Source: Gammaproteobacteria bacterium
Lineage (GTDB): Bacteria > Pseudomonadota > Gammaproteobacteria > HK1
Reading direction: 5' to 3'
Assembly (NCBI GenBank): GCA_965215295.1
Contig: OZ244045.1
Coordinates: forward strand, 1,581,518 to 1,645,517
DNA: 64,000 nt
Shown: positions 8,632-18,446 of the stretch, in pieces
Layout: each line of letters begins with the position of its first letter
How positions within the stretch are numbered: the stretch's first letter is position 1
Notes under the pieces: generated by a model
Database searches by the model: none
Told to the model about the DNA's origin: nothing
The model's input: only the letters and a program-made list of their open reading frames with translations
Translations under genes and position numbers: made by a program

Positions 8632-11051
8632 CGCAACCGCTCGTTGCGCGGATCGTAGGCGGCCTCGGCGAGCACCGTGGCGGCGCGCGGCTCGCCGAGG
8701 ATGTCGATGGCGAACATCGAGCCGGGTTCGGCCAGATGCGGCTCCACGTAGGCGAAGCCGAGGCTCCTGCCCGTGTAGTGGCCGTAGGCGCCGGAGGTGG
8801 TGACACCCACCACCCGACCGTCCGCGATGACCGGCTCCCCGCCGTGCGCGTCGCAGTCTCCCGGCTCGACCTCCAGGTAGACGAGCTGCGTCGCGATGCC
8901 GGCCTGCTTCACGCGCTGGATCGCGGCCCGGCCCACGAAGTCGTCCTTGTCGAGGGCGGCGAAGCGCTCCATGTCGGCCTCGACCAGGGTGATCTCGTTG
9001 GTGAGCTCCGCCCCCCAGCCCCGGTACGCCTTCTCCATGCGCAGCGAATCGACGGCATACGTCCCGAAGTCCGTGATGCCGAACTCCTCGCCCGCCGACC
9101 ACACCGCGTCGTACAGGTCGGCGAGCCGCGCCATCGGGCAGTGCAGCTCCCAGCCGAGCTCGCCGACGTAGTTCACCCGCAGGGCGCGGATCGGGATCCC
9201 GGCCGCCTCGATCTCCCGGCCGGTCAGCCAGCGGAAGCGCTCGTTGCCGAGGTCCGCCCCGGTCAGCTTCGCGAGCACCTCGCGCGAGCGCGGTCCCGCG
9301 AGCACCAGCACGCCCCAGTCGCCGGTGACGTTGGTCACGGCGACGTCGAGCCCGTCGCGCGGCCCCTGGACGAGGGTGTCCATGTCGCGGTCCTCGGCGC
9401 CCGCTCCCGACAGCACGTAGAAGCGGTCCGGGGCGAGTCTGGTGATCGTCGACTCGCCGGTGATGCGGCCCTCCGGAGACAGGTAGTGCGCGAGCACGAT
9501 GCCGCCGCTCCGCCGCGGCATGCGGTTGGCGGTGATCGTGTTCAGGTACGCCTCGGCGCCGGTCCCGGCCACGTCGTACTTCGCGAAGCTCGACAGATCG
9601 AGCACCCCGACCCGCTCGCGCACCGCGCGGCACTCCGCCGCGACGACCTCGAAGACGTTGTTGTGCCGGAAGCCGGGCTCTTCCTCCCGGCCGTCGGGCG
9701 AGAACCACTTCGGGCGCTCCCAGCCGTTCGCCTCGGTGTACACGCACCCCTTCGCGGCGAGCTTGTCGAACAGCGGCGTGACCCGCTCCCCGCGCGAGGC
9801 GGGGCGTTCCTCGCCCGGCAGGTGCAGGGCGTACATGTGCTCGTAGTCCTGGTGGGACTTCGCCTTCGTGTACTCGCCGGGGGCATGGCCGCCGAACCGG
9901 CGCGGGTCGAGGCCGGCCATGTTGATCTCGCTGTCGCCGTGCACCATCCACTGCGCGAGGTACTTGCCGCACCCCGCGCCGGCGGCGATGCCGATGGACG
10001 CGCCGCAGCACTGCCAGAAGTTGCGCAGCCCCGCGGCCGGGCCGAGCAGCGGGTTCGCGTCCGGGGTATGCGGGATCGCACCGCAGACGATGCGCTTGAT
10101 GCCGGCGTCGCGCCACATCGGAATGCGCTCCAGCGCCCGCTCGACATAGGGCGTGAGCCGGTCGAGGTTCGCCTCGAACAGCTCGTTCTCCGAATCCCAC
10201 TCCGGCCACCCGCCGCGGTGGGTCCAGCACTCGGCCGAATCCGCGGTCTCGTAGATGCCGATGAGCCCCGCCTTCTGCTCTTGGCGCAGGTACCCGGAGG
10301 TGTACGGGTCGCGCACCACCACCATCTCCTCGTCGCGCTCCAGGAACTCCCGGATCGGCTCGGTGACGAGGTAGGTGTGCTCCATGTTGGTGATCGGAAC
10401 GTCGGTGCCGGCCATCCGGCTCACTTGGCGCGCGTAGCACCCGGCCGCGTTCACGACCATCTCGCACACGATGGCGCCCCGGTCGGTGACGACCTCCCAC
10501 TCGCCGCTCCGGCGCTGCCTCAGGTCCGTCACCCGGGTGCGACGCTCGATGGTCGCGCCCATGTCGCGCGCGCCCTTCGCGAGCGCGTTGCAGCAGCCGG
10601 CCGGGTCCACGTGGCCGTCCCCGGGGGTCCAGGCCCCCGCGAGCACCCCCTCCACCGTCACGAACGGGTTGATCTGCCTGATCTTCTCGGGGTCGATGAT
10701 CTCGCAGTGAAAGCCGATGAGCTTGCCGACGCTCGCCACGTGGTGGAACCACTCCACCTCGGCCGGCTTCAGCGCGAACCGGATCCCGCCGCATCCGTGC
10801 CAGCTCACGTACTGCCCGGTCTTCTCCTCGAGCTTCGGGTAGAGCCTGACTCCGTAGTCGTGGATCTTCGCCATGTTGTAGTCGGCGATGAAGCTCGGGC
10901 ACTGGCCCGCCGCGTGCCACGTCGAGCCGGAGGTGAGCTCCCCCTTCTCCACGAGCAGGAGGTCGGTCCAGCCCTCCTCGGCGAGGTGGTAGAGCAGTCC
11001 CACTCCCATCATTCCTCCGCCGATGACGACGACTCTCGCGTGTGTCTGCAT
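8625..11051 (-). CDS. FAD-dependent oxidoreductase fused to GcvT-type aminomethyltransferase domain (dimethylglycine/sarcosine dehydrogenase-like)
   Basis: Trimmed to ATG 11051 (MQTHARVVVIGGGMMGVG, dinucleotide-binding GxGxxG), preceded by GGGAGGA. 808 aa. C-terminal half has the GcvT fold pattern. Confidence 0.9.
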   Translation of the reverse strand: MQTHARVVVIGGGMMGVGLLYHLAEEGWTDLLLVEKGELTSGSTWHAAGQCPSFIADYNMAKIHDYGVRLYPKLEEKTGQYVSWHGCGGIRFALKPAEVEWFHHVASVGKLIGFHCEIIDPEKIRQINPFVTVEGVLAGAWTPGDGHVDPAGCCNALAKGARDMGATIERRTRVTDLRQRRSGEWEVVTDRGAIVCEMVVNAAGCYARQVSRMAGTDVPITNMEHTYLVTEPIREFLERDEEMVVVRDPYTSGYLRQEQKAGLIGIYETADSAECWTHRGGWPEWDSENELFEANLDRLTPYVERALERIPMWRDAGIKRIVCGAIPHTPDANPLLGPAAGLRNFWQCCGASIGIAAGAGCGKYLAQWMVHGDSEINMAGLDPRRFGGHAPGEYTKAKSHQDYEHMYALHLPGEERPASRGERVTPLFDKLAAKGCVYTEANGWERPKWFSPDGREEEPGFRHNNVFEVVAAECRAVRERVGVLDLSSFAKYDVAGTGAEAYLNTITANRMPRRSGGIVLAHYLSPEGRITGESTITRLAPDRFYVLSGAGAEDRDMDTLVQGPRDGLDVAVTNVTGDWGVLVLAGPRSREVLAKLTGADLGNERFRWLTGREIEAAGIPIRALRVNYVGELGWELHCPMARLADLYDAVWSAGEEFGITDFGTYAVDSLRMEKAYRGWGAELTNEITLVEADMERFAALDKDDFVGRAAIQRVKQAGIATQLVYLEVEPGDCDAHGGEPVIADGRVVGVTTSGAYGHYTGRSLGFAYVEPHLAEPGSMFAIDILGEPRAATVLAEAAYDPRNERLRA

Positions 11052-11261
11052 GGCGTCCTCCCAACGATGCGGTTCTGCGGCCGGATCTGCGGCCCGGAAC
11101 GGTTCCGGCGATTTCAAAGCACACGGGCACTCCGTGCAACATCTCCCGACGTTCGGCGCCGCCGGAATGCCGCCTCGACGATGTTGCGGGAGAAAACCTC
11201 GGCCAACCCCGCCGGCAGGACGACGGGACCGCCTTGGCCGATTGGAGAGGGGCCGGGGGGC

Positions 11262-11951
11262 TCAGCCGGCCAGGCGCAACGCCCGCAACGCGACGCAGGC
11301 CGCGCCGTAGCCGTTGTCGATATTGACCACGGCCAGACCCGGCGCGCAGCTCGAGAGCGAGGCATCGAGCGCGACCCGACCGCCGACGGACACCCCGTAG
11401 CCGTTCGACGTCGGGACCGCCACCACGAGTCCCGGAACCTGTCCTCCCACCACGCTGGGCAGCGACGCCTCCATGCCCGCGACCGCGACCACCACCGGCA
11501 TCGCGCGGATCTCCTCGATCCGTTCGAGCAGGCGCCACAGGCCCGCGACGCCGACGTCGTAGATCTCCAGGGCCGGCTCGCCGTAGTACGCCAGCGTGCG
11601 TACCGCCTCCTTCGCCACGGGCACGTCGGAAGAGCCCGCGGTCACCACCGCGACCCGCGCCGGCCCGGGCGGGTCGGCGCCCGAACCCAGCACCGCGGTA
11701 CGGGAGATCGGGTCGTAGTCGAGAGCGGCGCGATGCGCGGGGGCCAGCGCATCGACCATCCCGGCGTCGAGCCGCGTGAGGAGCAACGGCCGGCTCCCCG
11801 CGATGCTTCGGGCCAGGATCGCATCGAGCTGGCGACGGGACTTCCCCGCGCAGTAGATCGATTCGTCGAAGCCGATCCTCGCGTGACGCGCGTCGTCGGG
11901 CACGACCTCCCGCTCAGGCATGACGGGGAGATCCCACGAGTGCGCGGCCAT
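11262..11951 (-). CDS. larB: nickel-pincer cofactor biosynthesis protein LarB
   Basis: PurE-like core VAVVTAGSSDVPVAKEA and C-terminal VPTSNGYG. Adjacent to larE and larC. Confidence 0.85.
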   Translation of the reverse strand: MAAHSWDLPVMPEREVVPDDARHARIGFDESIYCAGKSRRQLDAILARSIAGSRPLLLTRLDAGMVDALAPAHRAALDYDPISRTAVLGSGADPPGPARVAVVTAGSSDVPVAKEAVRTLAYYGEPALEIYDVGVAGLWRLLERIEEIRAMPVVVAVAGMEASLPSVVGGQVPGLVVAVPTSNGYGVSVGGRVALDASLSSCAPGLAVVNIDNGYGAACVALRALRLAG

Positions 11952-12025
11952 GACCCGCCGGGCACGGGTGCGGGGCGCAGTGCCCGGCGCCGACCGGCTC
12001 GACGGCGGCCGGCGTCATGCCCCGC

Positions 12026-12856
12026 TCAGGCACGATCGGCGGGCCTCAGAAATGCGCTGCCCATGCGGTAGGGCTCGAACCGGAGCATCCGCGACACCCC
12101 GGCTGCGGCCATGCACTCTCCCACCTCGCCGGCGAGCACGGCGCGGCGTCCCCCGTCGAGGGCGGAAAGCGCGGCGTCGTCGAGTTCGATCACGACCGCA
12201 TGGCTGCGTACCCGGCACCGCACGGTGGCCGCCCCGGTCGCGTCGCGGACGAGCCGCTCGCACGCATCGACGGCCTTCAGCACCTCGGGGTCGATGGCGA
12301 TGCCGGTCTCGACCCGGCTCGACAGGCACGGCGCGGCCGGCAGCTCCGTAAGGTCGTGGAGCCCGAGCCCGGCGGCGATGGCTCGCACCGCGGCTTTGCC
12401 GATGCCGCACTCGACGTAGGGGTGGCGGACCGCGTGCTCGGCCGCAGCCGCGAGCCCCGGCCGGAAGTCCCCGAGATCGTCGGTATTGGTGCCGGAGACG
12501 ATGGTCGTGCCGGCGCCCGCGAGCGGAGCAATCGTGGAGTAGAGGTTCGTCTTGCAGAAGTAGCAGCGGTTGACGGGGTTCGCGACGTAGCGCGGATCGG
12601 CAAGCTCGCCGGCGTCGAGCCGTTCGAGCCGCCATCCCTCACGGCGCGCATACCGCACGACGCGCGCCGTCGCGTCCGCGGGGACGGCGGCGGAGACCGC
12701 GTGGACCATCCTCGCCGAAGGCCCGAGCACCCGGTGCGCAACCACGGCGAGGGTCATGCTGTCCACGCCCCCGCTCACCGCCACCGCGACACGGCCGATG
12801 TCCTCCAGCACGGGTTCGATCGCGCCGATTCGAGACTCCACTCGGGAGCTACCCAT
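12026..12856 (-). CDS. larE: ATP-dependent sacrificial sulfur transferase LarE
   Basis: Trimmed to ATG 12856 after GGAGGAGG. PP-loop VAVSGGVDS and the LarE cysteine context LPAAPCLSSR. Confidence 0.85.
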   Translation of the reverse strand: MGSSRVESRIGAIEPVLEDIGRVAVAVSGGVDSMTLAVVAHRVLGPSARMVHAVSAAVPADATARVVRYARREGWRLERLDAGELADPRYVANPVNRCYFCKTNLYSTIAPLAGAGTTIVSGTNTDDLGDFRPGLAAAAEHAVRHPYVECGIGKAAVRAIAAGLGLHDLTELPAAPCLSSRVETGIAIDPEVLKAVDACERLVRDATGAATVRCRVRSHAVVIELDDAALSALDGGRRAVLAGEVGECMAAAGVSRMLRFEPYRMGSAFLRPADRA

Positions 12857-12954
12857 CCATCCTCCTCCGTGCACCACAGCCGATCGCATCGAACGTCTCG
12901 GGTGCCTTCCGGGACACCGCACCAAGGCCGTGCATCAGCGCTGCCCGTCCCCGT

Positions 12955-14286
12955 TCACACGCCGCCTCCGCCACCCTCACGCTCCGCCGAGCCCCGTACC
13001 CTCTCCCGATCCGCATGGCCGCCGGCCACCGGCGCCAGATCGTCGATCTCCGCCTTCGAGGTCCGGACGGCGCCGGGACGGCGCGCCGACTTCACCCGGA
13101 CCGGGCGGCCGTCCACCACCACTTTCGCCGAAGTGCGGGCAAGCGCCGCCCGGCTCACCTCGTGCCACCGCACGCCCAGGGTGGTGGTCTCGAGAAAGCA
13201 GGACTCGATCACCGATTCCACCGCCGCGAGACCGGCGAGAATGCGTACATGCACCGTGAGCCGCCCCTTCTTGCCGTTCATCGCGTGGCTGGACACGTCC
13301 AGAACGCCGGCGTGCTCCCGGAGCCGGTCGAGGGCAAGCGCCAGATCCTCGCCGGTCTGATCGTCGATCTCGAATTCGCACACCGCGATACGCTCCCGGT
13401 GTACGCCGGCATCGGGGCTGCCGAGCGGCTTGAACGCGAGTAGCCGCAGGACGTTGCTCGTGCCCGGAAGACGGCTGGTGCCGAATCCCGTCCCGGATCG
13501 GTCGAGACGCATCGGACCCGCAAGCGGCTCGAAGCTCGGCGCAAGGTGCGCGACGATCGCGGCGCCGGTCGGGGTGATGCGCTCTCCGTGATGGGTGTCC
13601 TGATCGACGACCATTCCGCGCAGCAGCTCCACCGTCGCCGGCGCGGGGACCGGGAGCCGCCCGTGCGCCGTCTCGACCCGGCCCTGGCCGACGGGGAGCG
13701 GCCCGCAGGACCACGAGGCGCCGAGACGCTCGATCAGCCAGGCCGCGCTCACGATGTCCGCAATCGAGTCGAAGGCCCCGACCTCGTGGAAGCTCACGTC
13801 GTCGACGGGTACGCCGTGCACCGCGGATTCCGCCGCGGCCAGCCGCGCGAACATGTCGAGAGCCCGGTCGCGCACCCCGGCGTCGAGAGCGGACGCCTCC
13901 AGCAGGGTGCGAATGTCGCGGTGGAGATGATGCCCGCGGGCGGGCTCGCGATCGGGGCCGCCACCATGACCCATCCGAACGTCGCGACGCACGACGAGAT
14001 CGCCGCGGGCGGGCTCGCGATCGAGGCCGCGACCATGACCGTCGCCATCGCGCCCGTGCGGCTCGTGCTCCGCGCGGCTCGCCTCGTGCACCACGAACCG
14101 CGATCCGGCCAGTGCGTCGCCGGCGTGATCGAGGCGCTCGACGGTGGCGATCGCGTCGAGTCCGGCGTGCTCCAGGGCCGCAACGAGCGCCGGCTCGAGC
14201 TCGGGCCACGCGTCGAGCACCGCGGCGGCGAACATGTCGCCCGCGATTCCGCCGACGGGATCCATCCGGATGTGCATGGGCGACAT
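12955..14286 (-). CDS. larC: nickel insertion protein LarC (single polypeptide)
   Basis: Start ATG 14286 (MSPMHIRMDPVGGIAGDMF). 443 aa with a His-rich internal segment. Alternative start at 14277. Confidence 0.85.
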   Translation of the reverse strand: MSPMHIRMDPVGGIAGDMFAAAVLDAWPELEPALVAALEHAGLDAIATVERLDHAGDALAGSRFVVHEASRAEHEPHGRDGDGHGRGLDREPARGDLVVRRDVRMGHGGGPDREPARGHHLHRDIRTLLEASALDAGVRDRALDMFARLAAAESAVHGVPVDDVSFHEVGAFDSIADIVSAAWLIERLGASWSCGPLPVGQGRVETAHGRLPVPAPATVELLRGMVVDQDTHHGERITPTGAAIVAHLAPSFEPLAGPMRLDRSGTGFGTSRLPGTSNVLRLLAFKPLGSPDAGVHRERIAVCEFEIDDQTGEDLALALDRLREHAGVLDVSSHAMNGKKGRLTVHVRILAGLAAVESVIESCFLETTTLGVRWHEVSRAALARTSAKVVVDGRPVRVKSARRPGAVRTSKAEIDDLAPVAGGHADRERVRGSAEREGGGGGV

Positions 14287-14380
14287 TGTAAGTCGCACGC
14301 GGACGCCGCACATTCGGGATGCTTCGCGTCGGGAGGCACGGTGCGCCGTCGCGCCGGCCCGCATCCGCGTTCGGTCAAGG

Positions 14381-14630
14381 GGTGACGGGACAGGCTCGAT
14401 TGCGAAGCAGCGCACCCTGCTGGTGCTGGTACTGGTGGCGATGCCGGGTGACGGGACGGCTCGATTGCGAGGCAGCGTACCCTGCTGGTGCTGCTGGCGA
14501 TGCTGAGTGACGGGACAGCTCGATTGCGAGGCAGCAGCGCACCTGTTGGTACTGGTACTGCTGCTGGTACTGCTGCTGGCAGTGCCGGGTGGCCGGGACG
14601 GACTCGCTCGCGAGGCGGCACGCCAGCCGA
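14381..14630. repeat. about 60-66 bp tandem repeat (3-4 copies) filling the larC-larA divergent intergenic region
   Basis: Units begin GGTGACGGGAC(A)GGCTCGATTGCGA(A/G)GCAGCG at 14381, 14447 and 14506; a degenerate copy begins near 14588. Contains CTG/GTG triplet runs. Confidence 0.8.
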
Positions 14631-14674
14631 CGCGGATACACTGTGGAACGCGGGCCGGGACCCGGGAGGCAGCG

Positions 14675-15985
14675 ATGATCGTGGAACTGGAGTACGGCCG
14701 CGGGCGGCTTCCGGTGCGCATGCCCGACACCTGCGAAGTCACGGTGCTGCGCAAGAACCCGCTGCCGCTCGTCGACGACGTGCCGGGCGCCGTCGGACAG
14801 GCGTTCGCCGAGCCCACCGGGGCGCCGCCGCTGGCAGCCCTGGCCGAGGGCAAGCGCTCCGCCTGCATCCTCATATGCGACATCACTCGCCCGGTGCCGA
14901 ACCACGTGTTCCTCGGGCCGATGATCCGCATCCTCCTCGACCGCGGGATCCCCGCCCGGAACATCACCGTCCTGGTCGCCACCGGGCTGCACCGCCCCAA
15001 CGAAGGCGAGGAGCTCGCGGAGCTCATCGGTGATCCGTGGGTGCTCGACACGGTCCGGGTCGAGAACCACTTCGCGCGCGACGCCGCGGCCCACGTCGAC
15101 CTTGGCGTTACCGCGACCCGCGCCACCCCGGTGAAGCTCGACCGGCGGTTCGTCGACGCCGAGCTGCGGATCGCGACCGGGCTGGTGGAGCCGCACTTCA
15201 TGGCCGGCTGGTCGGGCGGGCGCAAGGTCGTCGCCCCCGGGGTGGCGCACGAGGACACCATCCGCACCTTCCACAACGCCCGGTTCATGGAGGACCCGGG
15301 CGCGATCCAGTGCAACCTCGACGCCAATCCGCTGCACGAGGAGCAGCTCGAGATCATGCGCATGCTCGGCGATGTCCATGCCGTCAACACCGTCATCGAC
15401 GAGCGGCGGCGGCTGTGCTTCGTGAACTTCGGCGAAATCGTGGAGAGCCATCTCGAGGCGGTCCGGTTCGTGCACGACTCCTGCGCCGTGCCCGTCGACC
15501 GGAAGTTCGGGACCGTGCTCACCTCCGCCGCGGGCTACCCGCTCGACAAGACCTACTACCAGACCGTGAAGGGCATGGTGACGCCGATCGACATCCTCGC
15601 ACCCGGCGCCAGTCTCATCATCGCCTCCGACTGCTCGGAGGGGATTGGCTCGCCGCAGTACCGCGAGGCCCAGCGCCGGCTCGTCGCGAACGGCCCCGAC
15701 GGATTCCTCGCGGAGATCCTCGACAAACCGCTCGCGGACATCGACGAATGGCAGACCGAGATGCTGCTCAAGCCGATGCGTCGTGCCGGCATCCACCTGT
15801 ATTCCCGGGGCCTGCCGGCCGAGGACCGGGCGCTGACCGGGATAAACGTCATCGATTCGATCGAGGATGCGCTCGTCCGGTCCATCGAGTCGTCGGGAGA
15901 TCCCGCGGTCGCGGTGATTCCGGAAGGACCGTACGTGGTGCCCCGGTTTGCAGGCCCCGCGCCGACGACGAACACCGCGCAGTGA
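14675..15985 (+). CDS. larA: LarA family nickel-dependent 2-hydroxyacid racemase/epimerase homolog
   Basis: ATG 14675 after GGGAGG. Motifs CDITRPVP, ATGLHRPNEG, VEPHFMAGWSGGRKV match the LarA His/His/Lys (pincer-tethering) positions as I recall them. Confidence 0.85.
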   Translation: MIVELEYGRGRLPVRMPDTCEVTVLRKNPLPLVDDVPGAVGQAFAEPTGAPPLAALAEGKRSACILICDITRPVPNHVFLGPMIRILLDRGIPARNITVLVATGLHRPNEGEELAELIGDPWVLDTVRVENHFARDAAAHVDLGVTATRATPVKLDRRFVDAELRIATGLVEPHFMAGWSGGRKVVAPGVAHEDTIRTFHNARFMEDPGAIQCNLDANPLHEEQLEIMRMLGDVHAVNTVIDERRRLCFVNFGEIVESHLEAVRFVHDSCAVPVDRKFGTVLTSAAGYPLDKTYYQTVKGMVTPIDILAPGASLIIASDCSEGIGSPQYREAQRRLVANGPDGFLAEILDKPLADIDEWQTEMLLKPMRRAGIHLYSRGLPAEDRALTGINVIDSIEDALVRSIESSGDPAVAVIPEGPYVVPRFAGPAPTTNTAQ

Positions 15986-16136
15986 CCTCCACCCGGCCCG
16001 GCCGAGCCGGAACCGGAAAGCGGTAGTCGATGCTGTCATCATCAATTGTGGCCGCATCCCGCCGGAGGTGAACGACGGCCGCCGCGGAACGCCGGAGTGC
16101 CGTGACCGGCCATGCTTGGGCCTTCGGCGGTCAGGC

Positions 16137-16315
16137 TCACCCCCGAAACACGACCTTCGGCTCGAATGTCCGCAGGACCAGCATGAACGGCTCGCCATCC
16201 GAGAACGGCCGAAAACCAAACCGCCCGTAGAATGCCTTGGCCTCCCCGTCGAGCGCTTGCACGACAATCGCCCGCGCGCCGATCACATCGGCCACCGCCT
16301 CGCTCGACCGGAGAT
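16137..16315 (-). pseudogene. 3-prime fragment of a GNAT (TacT-like) acetyltransferase toxin gene
   Basis: Only the C-terminal ~55 aa is present (GARAIVVQALDGEAKAFYGRFGFRPF). The fragment abuts the stop of the DUF5615 gene, and no N-terminal half is present. Confidence 0.55.
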
Positions 16316-16660
16316 TCAATCAACCTGCTCGGCTATCACCAGAAAAGCCGCATCCTCGTCGTTGTCGAACTCCAGCAAGTCCGACCGACATTCCCGCAAT
16401 ACACGTTCCACGTCGCCGGTAGTGCAGTTCCCCAACTTGACCCATACGACCTTGGGCGCTGGACCGAGAAGGAAGCTGAGTTGATGGAAATCCTCATCTT
16501 TCGAAACGATCGCGAAGCCCTTGGATTTCGCGTACTCCCAGACGGCATGATCGGATGCTTCCTGAAGGCCGACGTTTCGCACGTGTTCCGAGCCGGGGAA
16601 TGCGTTCCCCAAACGCCCGACGAGCTTGTGTGAGAGATTGTGGTCGAATAACAGCTTCAT
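16316..16660 (-). CDS. DUF5615 (PIN-like) putative toxin
   Basis: 114 aa, MKLLFDHNLSHKLVGRL...AIVSKDEDF. This family usually pairs with a DUF433 antitoxin. Confidence 0.75.
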   Translation of the reverse strand: MKLLFDHNLSHKLVGRLGNAFPGSEHVRNVGLQEASDHAVWEYAKSKGFAIVSKDEDFHQLSFLLGPAPKVVWVKLGNCTTGDVERVLRECRSDLLEFDNDEDAAFLVIAEQVD

Positions 16661-17132
16661 GGCGCGTCAACCTGGAACCACGGTGTCCCGACCAAAGGAA
16701 CTCGCCCATCTCCATTGCCGTTCGTCGACCTCGGCCGTCCGGGCCGGTGCTGAGGATGCCCCACGCGCCCAACGCGACCCAATACGACCGAGACGGCGGA
16801 ATCGCGACTGAACGCCCGGCCTGTGCCGTCCGCCGGCCAATCGTCCCCTCGCCATCGACACCGGGGAGCCGCCTTGCGAGATTCAGTTCCGCCTGATCGA
16901 GAGTACGGCGCGCCTGACCGGATTGGCCCCACTCCGGGGAGGTGCGGGACACCAATACTTGAGCGTGGCCGCAGCCACTTCCGAGTCGTGCTCGACCGAG
17001 ATTCGTACCGTGTCCGGGAATGGTGCAACCCGCCGCTGCGTCCGTGAGCCCAAGATGGCGAAGCGCTCCGCGGCGGCGTCTCCGACGCTTGGCAAACCTG
17101 TGCGAGAGTTTGCGAACGGATAACAGCTTCAC
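16661..17132 (-). pseudogene. decayed, frameshifted second copy of the DUF5615 gene
   Basis: GTG 17132 overlaps the DUF433 stop (GTGA) and gives VKLLSVRKLSHRFAKR, similar to MKLLFDHNLSHKLVGR. Later similarity (ISVEHDSE vs IVSKDEDF; CPAP vs GPAP) lies in another frame. Confidence 0.35.
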
Positions 17133-17356
17133 GACGCGCCGAACGACACGAGCCTCCGTTCCCGGTCGGCAGCGAACGCGAGGCAGGCGCGAATGTCGTC
17201 CCGCGTCAGATCGGGAAAGTCGTCCAGAATCTCCTGCTCCGACATGCCCGATGCGAGGTAGTCCAGCACGTCGTACACGGTGATCCTCAACCCGCGGATG
17301 CAGGGTTTTCCGCCGCGTTTGCCTGGCTCGATCGAGATTCGGTCCTGATAGCTCAT
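17129..17356 (-). CDS. DUF433 domain putative antitoxin
   Basis: 75 aa. ISIEPGKRGGKPCIRGLRITVYDVLDYLASGMSEQEILDDFPDLTRDDI is a DUF433 signature. Confidence 0.8.
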   Translation of the reverse strand: MSYQDRISIEPGKRGGKPCIRGLRITVYDVLDYLASGMSEQEILDDFPDLTRDDIRACLAFAADRERRLVSFGAS

Positions 17357-17633
17357 ACTCGATTACCGCCGAAGAACGGGCCGCTGTTCCTTGCTCGTCA
17401 GCAGCGAGGCCAAGAGTAAGGCAGGGCATTCCCGGGAACAATACTCGCGCCGCAATGCATCTCCGGTCGTTCATCCATTCGACGTCGCGACGAGCCGGCG
17501 CTCCCGAACGCAAGTGGCCTTCTGATCGCCAGCAGCGCCGATACCAGGTTCAGGATGGCCGGGAGGACGACAAGATCGAGGTCGAGCCGGCCGTGTCCTC
17601 TGCATCCTTCTCCCCCCGGCGTTGCGTGACTGC

Positions 17634-18446
17634 CTACTCGTCCGCCTCCCGGTAGAACGCCGCCCGCGCCGCTTCGCGCCATTCGTGGCAGTCGCGGTAG
17701 CGGTAGGCGTGACGGAACCATCCCCACAGGCCCCCTTTCTCGGTCGGGTCCAGCGTCTCCGCCAGACCCAGCTCCTTCGTCTCCTGCGGCTCCAGGCCGA
17801 GGTACGCCCCGACCTCCTTCAGGACCGGCCCGTCGAGCGCCTGCGGCGCCTCTCCTTCTCCGGTGCGCACCCACATCCGCAACCGGACCGTCTCCCGTGC
17901 GTCCCAGCTCCGCGCGTCGAGCTCCAGCGTCTCCGGGTGCGCATGGCGCTCCTCCGCGCTCCCCTTGCGCGGGATCCGGCTCCAGCGCAGATCGCCTTGC
18001 GCGTTCGTCTCGTACGCCCACGGCTCGGGGTAGCCTCCGCCCCGAGGACTCGCCCGGTAACGGGTGCTCCAGATGCTCGTTTGGACCTCGCCGCCGCGCA
18101 TCCCGCTCCCTTCGAGCCGGAAGGCGACCTCCGTACCTCCCCTCCCCGTGCGGATCACCACGTCCTCGAGCGCAGCCGCGATCCGCTCCCCGCTCTGCAC
18201 GCCGATCCGTCCCACCAGTATCCTCGCCAGCACTTGCGCACGTCCGTCGGCGCTGGCGAAGTGCCCGTAGGCCTGCCAGTAGCCTCCCCACGAGTGGCCG
18301 GGCTCGCTGCAACGGGCGCCGAAGTCGAGCACCGCCCCCGGCCCCGCTCCCTTGCCGAACCGGGTCCCCTGCGCGTGCGGGCCTTCCATGCCGGCGAGAG
18401 CCAGGCCGAGCGCCAGGACCCGGACTGCCAGGCGCCGGATGGCCAT
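17634..18446 (-). CDS. hypothetical secreted protein
   Basis: Trimmed to ATG 18446 after GAGGAG. Signal peptide MAIRRLAVRVLALGLALAGMEGPHAQG. No family recognised. Confidence 0.6.
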   Translation of the reverse strand: MAIRRLAVRVLALGLALAGMEGPHAQGTRFGKGAGPGAVLDFGARCSEPGHSWGGYWQAYGHFASADGRAQVLARILVGRIGVQSGERIAAALEDVVIRTGRGGTEVAFRLEGSGMRGGEVQTSIWSTRYRASPRGGGYPEPWAYETNAQGDLRWSRIPRKGSAEERHAHPETLELDARSWDARETVRLRMWVRTGEGEAPQALDGPVLKEVGAYLGLEPQETKELGLAETLDPTEKGGLWGWFRHAYRYRDCHEWREAARAAFYREADE

